Below are positions 43,076 to 56,636 of a stretch of 64,000 bases of DNA, one piece after another. The notes under the pieces were generated by a model, which worked only from the letters and a program-made list of their open reading frames with translations, was not told the DNA's origin and did not search any database. The position numbers were made by a program, and so were the translations under genes. The stretch lies in assembly GCF_009914755.1 (NCBI RefSeq), contig NC_060926.1; one strand, given 5' to 3'. Every line of letters begins with the position of its first letter. The stretch's first letter is position 1. Source of the stretch: the human T2T-CHM13v2.0 reference genome, Homo sapiens.

Positions 43076-44779
43076 TTAAAGGTCTGTTCCCTTCCCTTTC
43101 CTATGGAGGAGGCCATGCCACTAGAAAAACACCTTTAGACCCACAAACTTTTGCTTTTAAATAAAATTAGTTTCCTATTTGTGGGTATCATGAAAATTCT
43201 TAGATAGACTTCCACAAAATTTGGAAAGTATTGTTTAGGAAGATCTGATTTAGAATTTGGGTTATGTGGCATATGATAAGAATCACTTTAGGAGATCCTG
43301 GGAAGCCTCAAAGAAGTAGGCAGTCATCATACAGGAGCTGAAAGTAGGGTTGAACAAGGGGTATGAATAAACGTCATTTAGGAGAGGCCTGTCATATTCA
43401 GTAATATGCCCATAGATGGAACAAAATGGAACATTGGTTTCCAATAGGTCCTTAAATTGAAAGCCATAAGGGTAGGTGCTTTGCAAAGCAGGTATGATTT
43501 GTATCCAAATTACCTCTCACATGGGCACCTTGTGGATTTCTCTGGACAGAAGTGCAGCAGGAACCTACTTTTTAATGAATAATGGTTATTGAGTCATTCA
43601 AACATCCCAGAATAGCCAGTGGGACCTGGCTGTTCTCCCTTCAAGTTCTTCGCCACCTGTAAGTCACAGAGCCACAGCTGTGGTTCTTCTGCAGGGGCCA
43701 CAGAGCCCTTCCTCTGCACTTGGAAAAAAATGTCATGTGCTGACTCCAAGAGTGAGTCTTCTGGGGGTACAGGAGACACAGAAACAGAAACTTTCCAAGA
43801 AAAACACACTGACTAAACCAAATGACAGAGCAGAAAACATTTTCTGATAAGGCAAAGGGTAATAACTTGGTGAGAATTACACAGGTAATTAAATAGTTGT
43901 TTCCAAGGGCTAGGAAAAGACAGGCATCGTCTGTGTTGGACAGAAGGGGAGTTTTGGATTTATTAACATGGATATGAGGGTTTAGGGTTATTTGTGTTTG
44001 TGGTAAAGAGCTCAGAGAAGAAGTCTTTATTTACTGCCTAAAGATTTAGTAAGTCAATTTGTTCCCTGCCTTCTATCTCATCCACAGACAATATCTTCTT
44101 AAATAGGATACTAGATTGCATGCATGATGTTAAACAAACGTGGAGTAGGAAAATCACCTTATTGAAATAGCTCTTGAGGTGTCCTTAACTCACAAGAACA
44201 TTGGGAAATTTTCAGACTTTCTCACCAACAGAGGACATAAATACCAAAGGCAAGATGTAAAGTTATGCAAACCTCTGTGGCTGGAATAAATATTTTGTAC
44301 TTATGGAAAGTCCACTAGAAGACCACTTCTGAATTCAGATCTGTATCAATTAATGGAAGAAAAAAATGGGTTGGAGGAGCCAAATGGGGAATGTTACAAG
44401 ACGTATTAATGTATAATCAAAATTTAGAAATAGAGGTGGTTCTGAATTGGAATTGGCTTTAGATAAAATACAGAACAGGAAAGAATGGGAGTCCTCTGTT
44501 CTAGAAGGGTAGGCTGGCTACAATCGGGTGAATAAGACAATTTCATAAGAAAACGTTTTGAAAGAATATGAGAGGAAACTGCAAGAGCAGAAGAAAGTAA
44601 TAAACTCATTGCACAAGAATTTCAGAAGAACTAGGGTCAAAAATACAGTCACAATCTGGCAGCTTTCAGGAGGAGGTGGGGAGTAGATAAGGACAAAGAG
44701 GTGGGAAGGGAGATAGGGCCAAGTCCAAAGTGCCTTTCAGACTCTCCCTGAGTCAGCAAACCTTGCTTCTTTTTACTTT

Positions 44780-45430
<651 letters not shown>

Positions 45431-47062
45431 GCAGTAGCAGGAACTAGGAGCCTGAAGGGGGTGCCTTTGTGTAAAAATGTTTTTGATTTCTGATGCCTAC
45501 AGCTGGATTTTTAATGTAGCTCAAGTCCGACAGAATGCAGGTAGGAAAAAGAAAGCAGCAATGAATTGTTTGCCTCTTCTTTAAACTCTGTTTCTGAAAA
45601 TAAAATTTGTTAGTATTTTAAACTTAAAACCCTTCATGATTATTATATCCTTAGTTCTTATGTGTCACTGATATACTAAAATAGGTTGTGAATATGATAG
45701 AAAGTGAGATGAAAGAGAGAGAGTGTGGTAAGGCTGTGGGTCTGTGAAACTCCAAGGCCAGATGCTGCTCACCTTATTATGGAACAGGTATGTTGATTCA
45801 AGCACAGGGTCAAAGGAATGGGCCAGGGTGACTCTTTTTGGAATAATAGTGAACATGTGTTACTCACTCATAGACTCAACCTGCTGATTAATATATGTTA
45901 TCTCTTGAATTTGAGAATGAAGTTGTACAATTCCCATTTATAGTTGTGGAAGCTAAGGCTCAGAGATACACAGTAACTTGCTGTGTAGCCAGTTGTGGCA
46001 AAAAAAAAAAAAAAAAAAAAAAGAATTTGTATTTATTTCTGTCTGATCCTAAACAGGTGTTTTCCAGGTATGCACCCTTCCTGCTCACATTTTGATTGGT
46101 TTTGAATTCTTGTGTATTATTGACTGTCTACTTCACTAACATCAAGTATAAAACAAAAAATGTATTGCAGCCTAATGTTTAGCTTCTCTACTCTTTTATA
46201 TTGCCTATATTTCCAGTTCCTTAGATTTGCAAAAGTTATGAAGTTAAATATAAATCATACCTGCAATTGCATTAGTATATTGGTATAGTGCCCTTTCATT
46301 GAGTTTGCAGGAAGTGAGCTGTCTTTAAGAATATCCAGTTGTAGGAAGTTCCTCTTTTTCTTTTTTTGTTACTCTCAAAAAGTCTTTGGTCTTTCCTTGT
46401 AGTAAATTACTAAGCACTCTAGTTTGGCTGATTTCTAGATTGAATATTAAAGAATTCTATGATAAAGCAAACTTTAAAAAATTACAAACACTGAATATTT
46501 TTAAAGTCAAAGAATAAAATCTGCAGAGGCTGTCCATTGGATGTGATTCAGCCACATGTGTTTTTGGTGCAGATTTTTCTCCCTTTCAGTGAAAATGTCT
46601 TTCTATTTTCTTGACTTTGATCACTTTGGTGTCAGGGTGCTTTATACTCAGTGGTCATCTGTCAGCCTTTTCATAAGTCAGTTTCTTGCATCCATCTGGT
46701 GAATGGCAAAAGATTTTGGTTTAGGCAATTGCATGCATTACTCAAAAGACTGTGGAGACTTTGAGAAGGAAAGAAGGAAAATCTTCATTGCATACTTTTA
46801 ACTCTTTTTTTTTTTTAAATTAACTTCCCCATCAGAGTGTTTGAAAAAACATTTTGATATGGCATGTGAAATAAGAACAAGAGGAGGTGAGAGGCCTTTG
46901 ATCTGTGTGCTCTCCTGAAATACGCATGACCAGCTCTAGGATAAAGAGGGTGAGAGGCTTGTGTTTTGCACCCACATCTCTCTTTCCATCAGTTCCTCCC
47001 ACTCAGCTGCGTGGTCTTCTTGTTGCTCAGAGCCCTACCTTTTGATCTGGCTGCCAGAGCTG

Positions 47063-47446
47063 CATTTCTTTTGGGTAAACGTTCCACACTCCAGAATTTG
47101 ATTTTCTCTGTTTGCTCTGCCAACACATAACTGCCCTGTTCTCCCAAAATCTAATTAATGGAGTAATCTGTTAAACTATTCAATCTGTTCAATGAATTGT
47201 GTAAACCTGCTAATGAGTGATAGAGGCTTTTGGGGGCTCCTTCTTCCAGATACCACTGGTGGTCTACTAAGATGCCCTCACACAACTGAATATTCTCCAG
47301 CTAGAAGCCCCCACCCAGGCTGCTGGAAGAGAAGTTTTTTTTGCATAGTGGTTGATTTTGGCACCTTTTACGTCATACATTCCTCATGCCTGTTACTCTG
47401 CCTGAATATAGATTAAAACAACCATTCAGAGCCCACAGAAAAAGTA
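47063..47446. repeat. Inverted duplication 2, right arm (no Alu)
   Basis: Both arms translate [25 protein letters not shown] on opposite strands; shared 'gcctgttactctgcctgaatatagattaaaa'. Confidence 0.93.
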
Positions 47447-47964
47447 GACAAGCAACTCTGAAATTAGGGTATAGGGCTGGAATATGGAGGATACAAAAGA
47501 GTCTACATTAGCCCCAAATCTGGCCATCACATGGGAGAGGCAGCTGACACAGATATCTAGAAAGCAAAGCAGAGGCTCATAACTCCTGCAGATTTCGGGA
47601 GTGTAGTCTGGTAGCCTGACTTCCAGGACCAGTTTATTCATTTACTCATTATTTTATTCTTTCATTCTTTCACATTTCTTGTACAACTATTATGGGTCAG
47701 TCATATGTGGTTAAATGCGCTAACAGTTCTGTCATTTTCCTGGTTGGAAAAGTAGAGTCAATTTACAAAAAAGAACAAAACTAGGGTTTCTGAAATAAAG
47801 ATTTGTAATTTGCTTTTTTCATGCAGGTGCAAATTATCTTAAACTGATATAAAAAAGAAGAAACAGAAATTTTAAAATATATGTTTTTTACAAATGTGTA
47901 CCATCTAATTATCAGCTAGAAGTCTTATTCTGTGAAGAGCTAACACAGGTTCTAGTGTAATAAT

Positions 47965-48195
47965 AATAATCAGCATAACATTTATTGAGTATTTACTGTA
48001 CATGCCAAACAACTGTGCTGTGTGTTTAACATGAATTTTTGCATTTAATCCTTAGGAAAAATTCTGTGAGACAGGTTTGTTATTACCTTCCTTTCCCAGA
48101 TAAGCAAGCAGATCAAGAAATGTTGATCGCATAGCTGGAATTTAGAGCCTGAAATTGAACCCAGGCAGTCTGACTCCAGAGTCTGCAGTCTTTTG
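47965..48195 (-). mobile_element. MIR SINE
   Basis: 'tttattgagtatttact...catttaatcctt...gaacccaggcagtctgactccaga'. Confidence 0.75.
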
Positions 48196-48223
48196 TTGAT
48201 GTTACCTGTCTCTACTCCAGCCA

Positions 48224-48587
48224 CAGGTGGTTCACGACCTATGATGGTTCAACTTAATGATTTTTTGACTTTACAATGGTACGAAAGCATTTGGTAGAAA
48301 CTGTACATCAAGTACTCGTATAACCATTCTGTTTTTCACTTTCAGTATAGCATTCAATAAATTACATAAGATATTCAACACCTTATTATGAAATAGGCTT
48401 TGTGTTAGATGATTTTGCCCAACTGTAGGCTAATAACATAGTTGTTCTGAGTATGTTTAAGGTAGACTAGGCTAAGCTATGGTGTTTTGGTAGGTTAGGT
48501 GTATTAAATGGATTTTTGACTTAGGATTTTTTCAACTTCCGATGGATTTATCAGGATGTAACCCCATCATAAGTTGAGGAGAATCTG
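48224..48587 (-). mobile_element. MER47A-like TcMar-Tigger non-autonomous element
   Basis: cag...ctg inverted ends, 'gactaggctaagctat', 'aggttaggtgtattaaatg', about 365 bp. Confidence 0.75.
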
Positions 48588-48590
48588 TTA

Positions 48591-49292
<702 letters not shown>

Positions 49293-50540
49293 AAAGAATA
49301 GTACAATGAGCTCCTGCTCATCCTTTGCCTAAATTCACTGAATGTTAATATTTTGTCATGTTATCTTTCTATTTAGGTATATGTGTATCCCTATGTGTAT
49401 GTGTGTGTGTCTAAAACAATTTGAAAGTACATTTTAGACAAACTGTATCTTTAAGAACACTTATATTCTTCTATCAAGGGACAGACATTGCATTTGGCAT
49501 ATTGCTTTAGTTCCTGTAATCTAGAAAAGTCCTCCTACCTTTTTTTTCTGTTATTTGTGACATTGATATTTTTGAAGAAATGAGGTCAGTGTTCTTAGAA
49601 TATCATACAAGCTAGATTTGCCTGGTTGTTTCCTTATGATCAGATTCAGTTAAACTTTTTTTTTTTTATCAAGAATGCTACAAAAATGATGGGCAATTCT
49701 CATGATTTCCTATTAAAAGACAATCTCAACTTGTCTGGCTGACCACAGGATCTCTCTATTATGAAGGTACCTTTTTCCTCTTTCTTTGATGTTCAAATTG
49801 CACCAAATTTACCCAGTGAAAACTTCCAAGCCAGCCTCTGTATTCATTTAAAACATATTCTTTAGTGTTTGAGCATTTCTTTACTTTTTTTTTTCTCAAT
49901 AATTTTTTTGTACTTTTCCTGCCTTTGACCTGGAATCATTCATTTCTCAAAAAGCTTCGGTGCCTTTTAATCAGGAATGATATTTAGAAACTAAAGGTCT
50001 GGGCACTAGTGTATTCACTGAAAAAGGATTTTCATTGTTTTGATTTATTTTGTTTTCCTACTTATTTATTATGGTAAAAAAACACAACATAGAATTTACT
50101 GCCTTAACCATTTTGGAGTGTACAGTTAGGGCTGTTATTGCTTTTAGGCCTTTTGAAAGGGCCTAAAATACATACGAATAGAAACAGAAATATAAATTCA
50201 TGAGTGTTATTATTTCTATCACATTAAATTATAAGTTTATATGATGTCACAGGGCTTTTTTCACCTCCTCTCATTTCATATTTGTAACTTCCTTTTCCTA
50301 TAATGTAAATCTATATATTAATTGCTTTATTATACACAAAATAGTTTGTTAAACAACACCAATATCATTACCAATAAAAACCTACTCAGGTCAAGATTTC
50401 TTTACATTTGTTTTATTTTTAGACTATATCTTACTGAGAATATATTGTCAGAGTACTGCATTATAAAGTTATTTGAATTACCTTTTCTGACTTATTATGG
50501 ATTTCAGCTATTCATTTTCTTTGTTTTGTTTTTAAATTTT
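49293..50540 (-). mobile_element. Ancient L1MC/L1ME 3' remnant
   Basis: 'tttgatgttcaaattg...ctggaatcattcatttctcaaaaagc...tatttagaaact'. Confidence 0.55.
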
Positions 50541-50607
50541 ATTTTCTGAACTGAAAAGTATTTGTTTGGTCCTTCCCACAGAACCTGTATTCTTGACCTA
50601 CATTTTT

Positions 50608-51265
50608 TTCATTCATTCATTCATTCATTCATTCATTCACCATAAGAACCTGGTTCAGTTTTAGGCATTGAAATATAACAGTGAGCTGGAAAGTGAAGTC
50701 TCTCACTCCTTAGGGAAATGAACAAATAAAGATAGTAATTTCAGTGGTTCATAAATTCTGTGGAGAAAACTTAAGTAAGACAAAGACTGAAAACGGGCAG
50801 AAAGAGCTACTTTGGATTGGAAAATCAGAGCTGGCCTTTTAGAGGTGGGGCTTGAACTGAGACCTCGGTACAGAGAAGAGAGTCAGTTGGCTGGCAGAGT
50901 GAGCCAGGCCCGAGGCACCGGCTGTGAATGAGAGGCATAGTACTGGGAGGTGAGAGCAGGGAGACCATTCTGACATCCAGAGAGGGACCCTCAGGCCGCA
51001 GTAAGGAGTTCTGATTTTATTCTAGGTTATAGGAGACTGGAGGGGTTTTACTAGCAGAGAATTGTGAGATCTGGCTTGTATTTTTCAGAGATCACTCTGG
51101 TTGCTGTGTGGAAACTGGGTCCCAGGCGGACACAGGTGAAGGTAATAGGTCCAAGTTCAACAGCAGGAGTCCACAAAACACACTGGTGAGAGGATCTGGC
51201 TGAGAGTGAAGCAGTAACAGAAGGGGTGAAAAAGAAGTGAGTCAATTCAGGATATGTCAAAAGGC
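50608..51265. mobile_element. L2 3' fragment with (CATT)n tail
   Basis: (TTCA)n followed by typical L2 text 'gtaaggagttctgattttattcta...agatcactctggttgctgtgtgga'. Confidence 0.75.
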
Positions 51266-51501
51266 ATCCTAAAAAATTATTTTTGAAATTTTATCAGTGT
51301 TCTAGTTTTCATAAAATTAAATTTTCTTTTGTATGAAAATTCATGAGAGATAAATTTTTAAAAATTTTCTGACTTTAAATCAATCTTGAATTTACAGAAA
51401 AATTGTAAGTACACTACAAAGAACTCTTTTTTTTTTTTAACACCATTTTGGAATAAGTTGGTGGCAGGATTTTCTGTCCCATCCTAAACTTTATAGTGTA
51501 C

Positions 51502-51800
51502 TTCTTCTTCTTTTTTGAAACAGAGTCTTGCTGTGTCACCCAGGCTGGAGTACAGTGGCCCGATCTTGGCTCACTGCAACCTCCAGTTCAAGTGATTCTC
51601 CTGCCTTGGCCTACCAAGTAGCTGGGATTACAGGCATCTGCCACCCAGCACAGGCACGCCCAGCTAGTTTTTGTACTTTTAGTAGAGATGGGGTTTCACC
51701 GTGTTGGCCAGGCTGGTCTTGAACTCCTGACCTCAAGTGATCTGCCGGACTTGACCTCCCAAAGTGCTGGGATTACATGCACGAGCCACTGCACCCAGCC
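51502..51800 (-). mobile_element. Alu (AluS/J) nested in L1MC4
   Basis: Reverse dimer; TSD ttatagtgtacttctt/ttacagtgtatttctt. Confidence 0.92.
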
Positions 51801-53556
51801 ATTACAGTGTATTTCTTACCAACAAAAGCATTCTCTTCTATAACTGCAGGGTAACCATCAAAATTAGGAAACTAATATTGCTTGATGACTATGCTTTGAA
51901 TCTCAGATCCCACTGACGTTCTGCGAGTTGTCCCAATAATTTTCTGTATAGAAAATTCAAGTCAGAATCACGTGTTGCATTTAATTGTCATGTCTCCATA
52001 GACCATGTCAAATCAGAACAGTTTCTTGGTCTTTCCTTGACTGCACGATCTAGACACGTTTGATGATGACAGATCAATTATTTTGTAAAATGTCCCTCAA
52101 AGGTTTGTCTGGAGTTTTCTCATGATTAGGTTTTCATTTTGCACATCTTTGGCAGTAGTATCATGGAAGAGATGCTGTGTTCTTATTGCATTGCATCAGG
52201 TGGCGCATGATTTTTATTTATTTTATATCTGATGCTGTTCACTTTAATCCTTTATTTAAGGTAGGGTCTGCCAGGCTTACATACTATAAATGACTGCTTT
52301 TTCCTTTGAAGCTAGTATGTATTTTGTTAGGAGGTACTTTGAAACTATATAAACATCTTGATCCATATCAAACTCTCCATTTATTAATTTCTGCATTTAT
52401 ATGAGTATGGATTCATGGTTTCCCATTTTATTAGGTAGATTATAACCCAATACTATCATTATTTATATTTATATAAATCATTCCAGATTTGGTCAGTAAA
52501 AGCCCCTTCAAGCTGGTTTCTGTGTTCTTTTGACATGTTTCCATCCTTACTTTCTGGCACAAAAAGATATTTCAAGCTCATCTTGTATTTTCATTGCTCC
52601 AGCCCTAAGATCAGCCATTTCTCCAGGGAGCTTTAGTTTATTTGGATGGAGAAAGGGAGTTAGAAGTCAAGATCTAAGTGCTGGTTTGTTCATTATTATA
52701 TTTATATAGTTTCAAAGTACTGCCCAACAAAATGCATACTAATTGCAAAGGGGAAAGAAAGCAGTAATTTACAATAAATAAGCCCAGCAGATACCACCTT
52801 AACAATGTCATTGTTATCCACTCAGTGAATGAAGCTGGAGATGATGTGTACGTGTGCACACACACACATACATACACACATTTACATCTGTCTACCCACC
52901 TATCTGTCTACAAAACCACTGTTTTATACTGATACCTCCAATTCTATTCCAACATGACAGGATTCAGTCTAGCTTTTCTCCCTTTTTATATTTTCAACCA
53001 CCTTCTCCAAAAGTGAGAAATCTGCCTTCAGTTATCTTTAACGTATTGATTTTCTCAATTGCCCTGTCTGTAACCAATCTGCTGCCTCCTGCCCTATGGA
53101 GATAACCCCCTCAACCCACTTGGATTTGGTTCAGGCATCCCCTAACCCACCTCCCATCCCGTCTCATCACCAGGCTATGTAGGTGCCCTTTTCCTCATCT
53201 GGTTGGATTCCAATGCCCTGTAACAGGTTATCCTGTGTGGATACCAGCTCAGACTTAGGGAGTCCAGACCAAACCACTGCTGCAGGACCCTCACCACTCT
53301 CCCAACTGTGGCCAACATGTCTACCTTGTCCAGGCTCAAACACTGAGTGCTGGTCATTCTTAGTCTCCAAACAGTGTAGATGCTGTCCTCACCTGGACCC
53401 CCATATTGGGCCAACTACTGCATGGACATCCTTTTGACTCAGCTCAAGCTTCAATACCTGACTCTAGGCCATCATTCCCCAAGAAAAATGTCAGGCATGA
53501 ACACCCCATGGAGGACTCTCCACATGCACAGGTGCTCCTTATCCCATCCAGGGTTC

Positions 53557-53820
53557 ATTACCCACAGTGAGCGGCTGTGTGTGCCCAAAATCCACTGTGA
53601 GTGGCTGTACGTGCTCATCACCCACTATGAGTGTACTTGTCCATTACCCACTATGAGTGGCTGTGCGTGTCCGTCACCTGCCGTGGGTGGCTGCGCGTCT
53701 GTCACCTGCCGTGGGTGGCTGTGCATGTATGTCACCCGCCGTGGGTGGCTGTGCGTGTCCGTCACCTGCCGTGGGTGGCTGTGCGTGTCTGTCGCCTGCC
53801 ATGGGTGGCTGTGCATGTTT
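53557..53820. repeat. 30-bp minisatellite, 9 units
   Basis: Consensus gtcacctgccgtgggtggctgtgcgtgtcc; unit lengths 30,30,26,30,28,30,30,30,30. Confidence 0.93.
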
Positions 53821-53942
53821 TGTCCTCATCATCATCTTGGGCTTCAGCACTTTGCTCTGGGCCACGGTGGCTGACTCTTTCCCCAGAACATGTGGATCCT
53901 TTGCTCAGCTTCACCTCATAGCATTCAGTCAGAAATGTTCAT

Positions 53943-54011
53943 GAAGGGAAGAGGAGTAGAGGGAAGGGAAGGGGAAGAAGAAGAGGAAGAGGAAGGGGAA
54001 GAGAGAAGGAA
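53943..54011. repeat. GA-rich polypurine tract
   Basis: Direct observation. Confidence 0.85.
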
Positions 54012-55329
54012 CTTAATAAAAGATCTGAGGCTAGATAAAATCATATAGAGAAAGGCAGTTTGAGAAATCATATTATACAACAACCAGATTGAACAATACT
54101 TTCAAGGCCAACAAAATAAAATAAACTTACAAAACTGAAGAGTACCACGATTTAACTGAGAAAAACCCTTAAAATTAAAACAAAATTTTTCAGAGAAAAC
54201 ATACCTACTGCTTTCAACTAAAGTTTAAAGAAATATTTTCCCTCCTGCTCTCTCTGTCTCAAAGGAATTTTATAGTTTTTAAAATACCATTTACAAAATC
54301 TTTCAAAATAGTGAATATTAAACATCGACCATCTTTATTTTCCAAGTAATGTGTTATGGTTTTAAGAAAAAGTAGGAACACTTTTGGGATAGTTGCATTT
54401 TTCTGGAGGAAATCTTAGAGGAAAATAAATGTCAGCCTAATATAAAAAACTAAGTAGTTTGGGCACTGTTGTGGAGAAAAACACCAACACCTATTACTTT
54501 TATTACCAATAAAATGAAACTTCATGTTCAGCATTAGAATTTTTCTCCCTCTTTTCATCAGAGTAAGCACCACTGTTTTCCTTGCTGTGCGCTCTGTGTT
54601 TGTACAAAGCCATTTGTAATGGCAGAAGGAGTCTTCTCCATCTGTCCCAACAGTTCCAAGCACAAGCATAACAGGATATATTTAAGAAAAGAACTCCTCC
54701 CTGTATTCCAGAGTTTTCTCTCATTCTGTGAAATGATTAAGATTTGGGATATGATGAAGGTATAAAAGTGAAGACAGGAGAAAAAAGTCATAATTTGAAA
54801 GTTATTTATCAGCTGACATAGAAAAGTTATATTAATAGTTATTACTTGGAAAACTCTTGTTTGATAATTAAACTCATATTCTTCAGGTCTTTTAGGTTCT
54901 GAAAACAACTCATTATACAAAAAACATTACCATAAATTTCAAAAGGTTCTTATTTCAGATCCATATAGCAATGTGAAGTGGCAAATGTAAGAAGTGATTT
55001 AAATAATTTAAAACACGTCTGCATCAGTTCTTTGGTATTTATTTAGAATACATTCAGGCCCCTTGATAATTAGTCTCACCATCTTCTTCACTTTGCTAGC
55101 ATTAGAAATAACTCTGTTCCTCCAGATTTCTAGAACTCACAGGGCCTTCAGAACATGCAGGTACCTAAGGGCTCAAGGGCAACAGCCTCACTGGCACTAA
55201 GGGGCCTGTCCTTCCACCATATGTCTTTAAGATCATACTCTCATACTCTCAGCAAACTGGCATGAACCTCCTTACAGTGTTAGCTGAGAGATGGAAAGTT
55301 TTAATTAGTATCAGAGAAATGGATAATAA

Positions 55330-55623
55330 TTTTTTTTTTTTTAGACAAGGTCTTGCTCTGTCACCCAGGCTGCAGTGCAGTGGTGCAATCTTGGCTCACT
55401 GCAAACTCTGCCTCCCAGGTTCAAGTCATTCTCCTGCCTCAGCCTCCTAAGTAGCTGGGATTACAGGCATGCACCACCACACCTGGCTAATTTTTGTATT
55501 TTTAATAGAGACAGGGTTTCACCATGTTGGGCAGGCTGGTCTCGAAGTCCTGGCCTCAAGTGATCGGTCCACCTTGGCCTCCCAAAGTGCTGGGATTACA
55601 GGTGTGAGCCACTGCACCCGGCC
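55330..55623 (-). mobile_element. Alu (AluSx/Sz)
   Basis: Reverse dimer; TSD ggataataattt/ggacaataattt. Confidence 0.95.
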
Positions 55624-55789
55624 TAAAGGGACAATAATTTAGGGTAAAAGGTTGTCTTAGGACAACCTAGAAAAGAGCCTGAGGTGGGGATCCTTAAGTA
55701 AGGGATTTATGAAAGCCATGCTCTCAGGAGACATCTGTAAGGGAGTGAAGGAAGGAGGACAAGGAAGGGGGAAAACTAAGCAAAGATGT

Positions 55790-56281
55790 TGTGATGGTTA
55801 ATACTAAGTGTCAACTTGATTAGATTGAAGGATACAAAGTTTTGATCCTGGATGTGCCTGTGAGGGTGTTGCCAAAGGAGATTAACATTTCAGTCAGTGC
55901 GCTGGGGAAGGCAGACCCACCCTTAATATGGGTGGGCACAATCTAATTAGCTGCCAGCATGGCTAGAATATAAGCAGGCAGAAAAATGTGAAAAAAGAGA
56001 CTGGCCTAGCCTCTCAGCCTACATCTTTCTCCCGTGATGGATGCTTCCTGCCCTCGAACATCAGACTCCAAGTTCTTCAGTTTTGGAATTTGGACTGGCT
56101 CTCCTTGCTCCTCAGCCTGCGGACATGCAACAGCCTATTGTGGGACCCTGTGATTGTGTGAGGTAATACTTAATAAACTCATATATATATATATGATAAT
56201 GTATATCTCAATATACTCATATATATAATCATATATATCTTAATAAACTCATATATATAATATTATATATATCTTAATAAA

Positions 56282-56334
<53 letters not shown>

Positions 56335-56368
56335 CATTAGTTCTATCCCTCTAGAGAACGCTAATACA
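55790..56368 (+). mobile_element. MLT2A (HERV-L) solo LTR with expanded AT region
   Basis: Starts TGTGATGGTTAATACT.AGTGTCAACTTGATT, ends ctaataca; TSD gatgt/gaagt. Confidence 0.9.
56285..56332. repeat. (AT)24 microsatellite within MLT2A
   Basis: Direct count. Confidence 0.95.
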
Positions 56369-56636
56369 GAAGTGGTTTCAGGTTCATCCTCCTCCTGACC
56401 CGGAGAGGAACTCTAGACTCCACTCCACAGTCTGTATCTCCTCGCCATTCAGTTGTTGGCTCTGGGATGTCCAGGATGTGAGGATGTCACTTTCAGGTAC
56501 TTCTCAGGAGGCTGTTCCCATCATCCAAGGGCAAATCTTAGGGAGGATTACAAGTGTGACTCATCAGTGGCATCATTGCAGCAACTGGTAAAAGGGATAC
56601 TGGGATCTGAATGGGGCATTAGCAGAATCTATGACA

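Larger units (their letters stand above)
51350..53945 (-). mobile_element. L1MC4-like 3' region including its degenerate GC-rich 3'UTR repeats
   Basis: 'atttacagaaaaattgta...caaaattaggaaactaatattg...ccagccctaagatcagccatttctccagggagc'; 53090-53550 has repeated 'gga(t)gccct..tcacc' style units. Confidence 0.65.
55654..56636 (-). mobile_element. LTR16-like ERVL LTR, split by MLT2A
   Basis: 'tgtcttagg...gtaagggagtgaaggaaggaggacaaggaaggg...aagcaaag' resumes at 56374 and ends 'atgaca', followed by a reversed PPT-like 'gtccattctct'. Confidence 0.65.

Noticed and set aside
53380-53944. Cys-rich repetitive ORFs (VTCRGWLCVS)n and a CRISPR-like appearance
   Set aside because: They are open only because a 30-bp tandem unit lacks stops. 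Units are head-to-tail with no unique spacers, and the DNA is eukaryotic.
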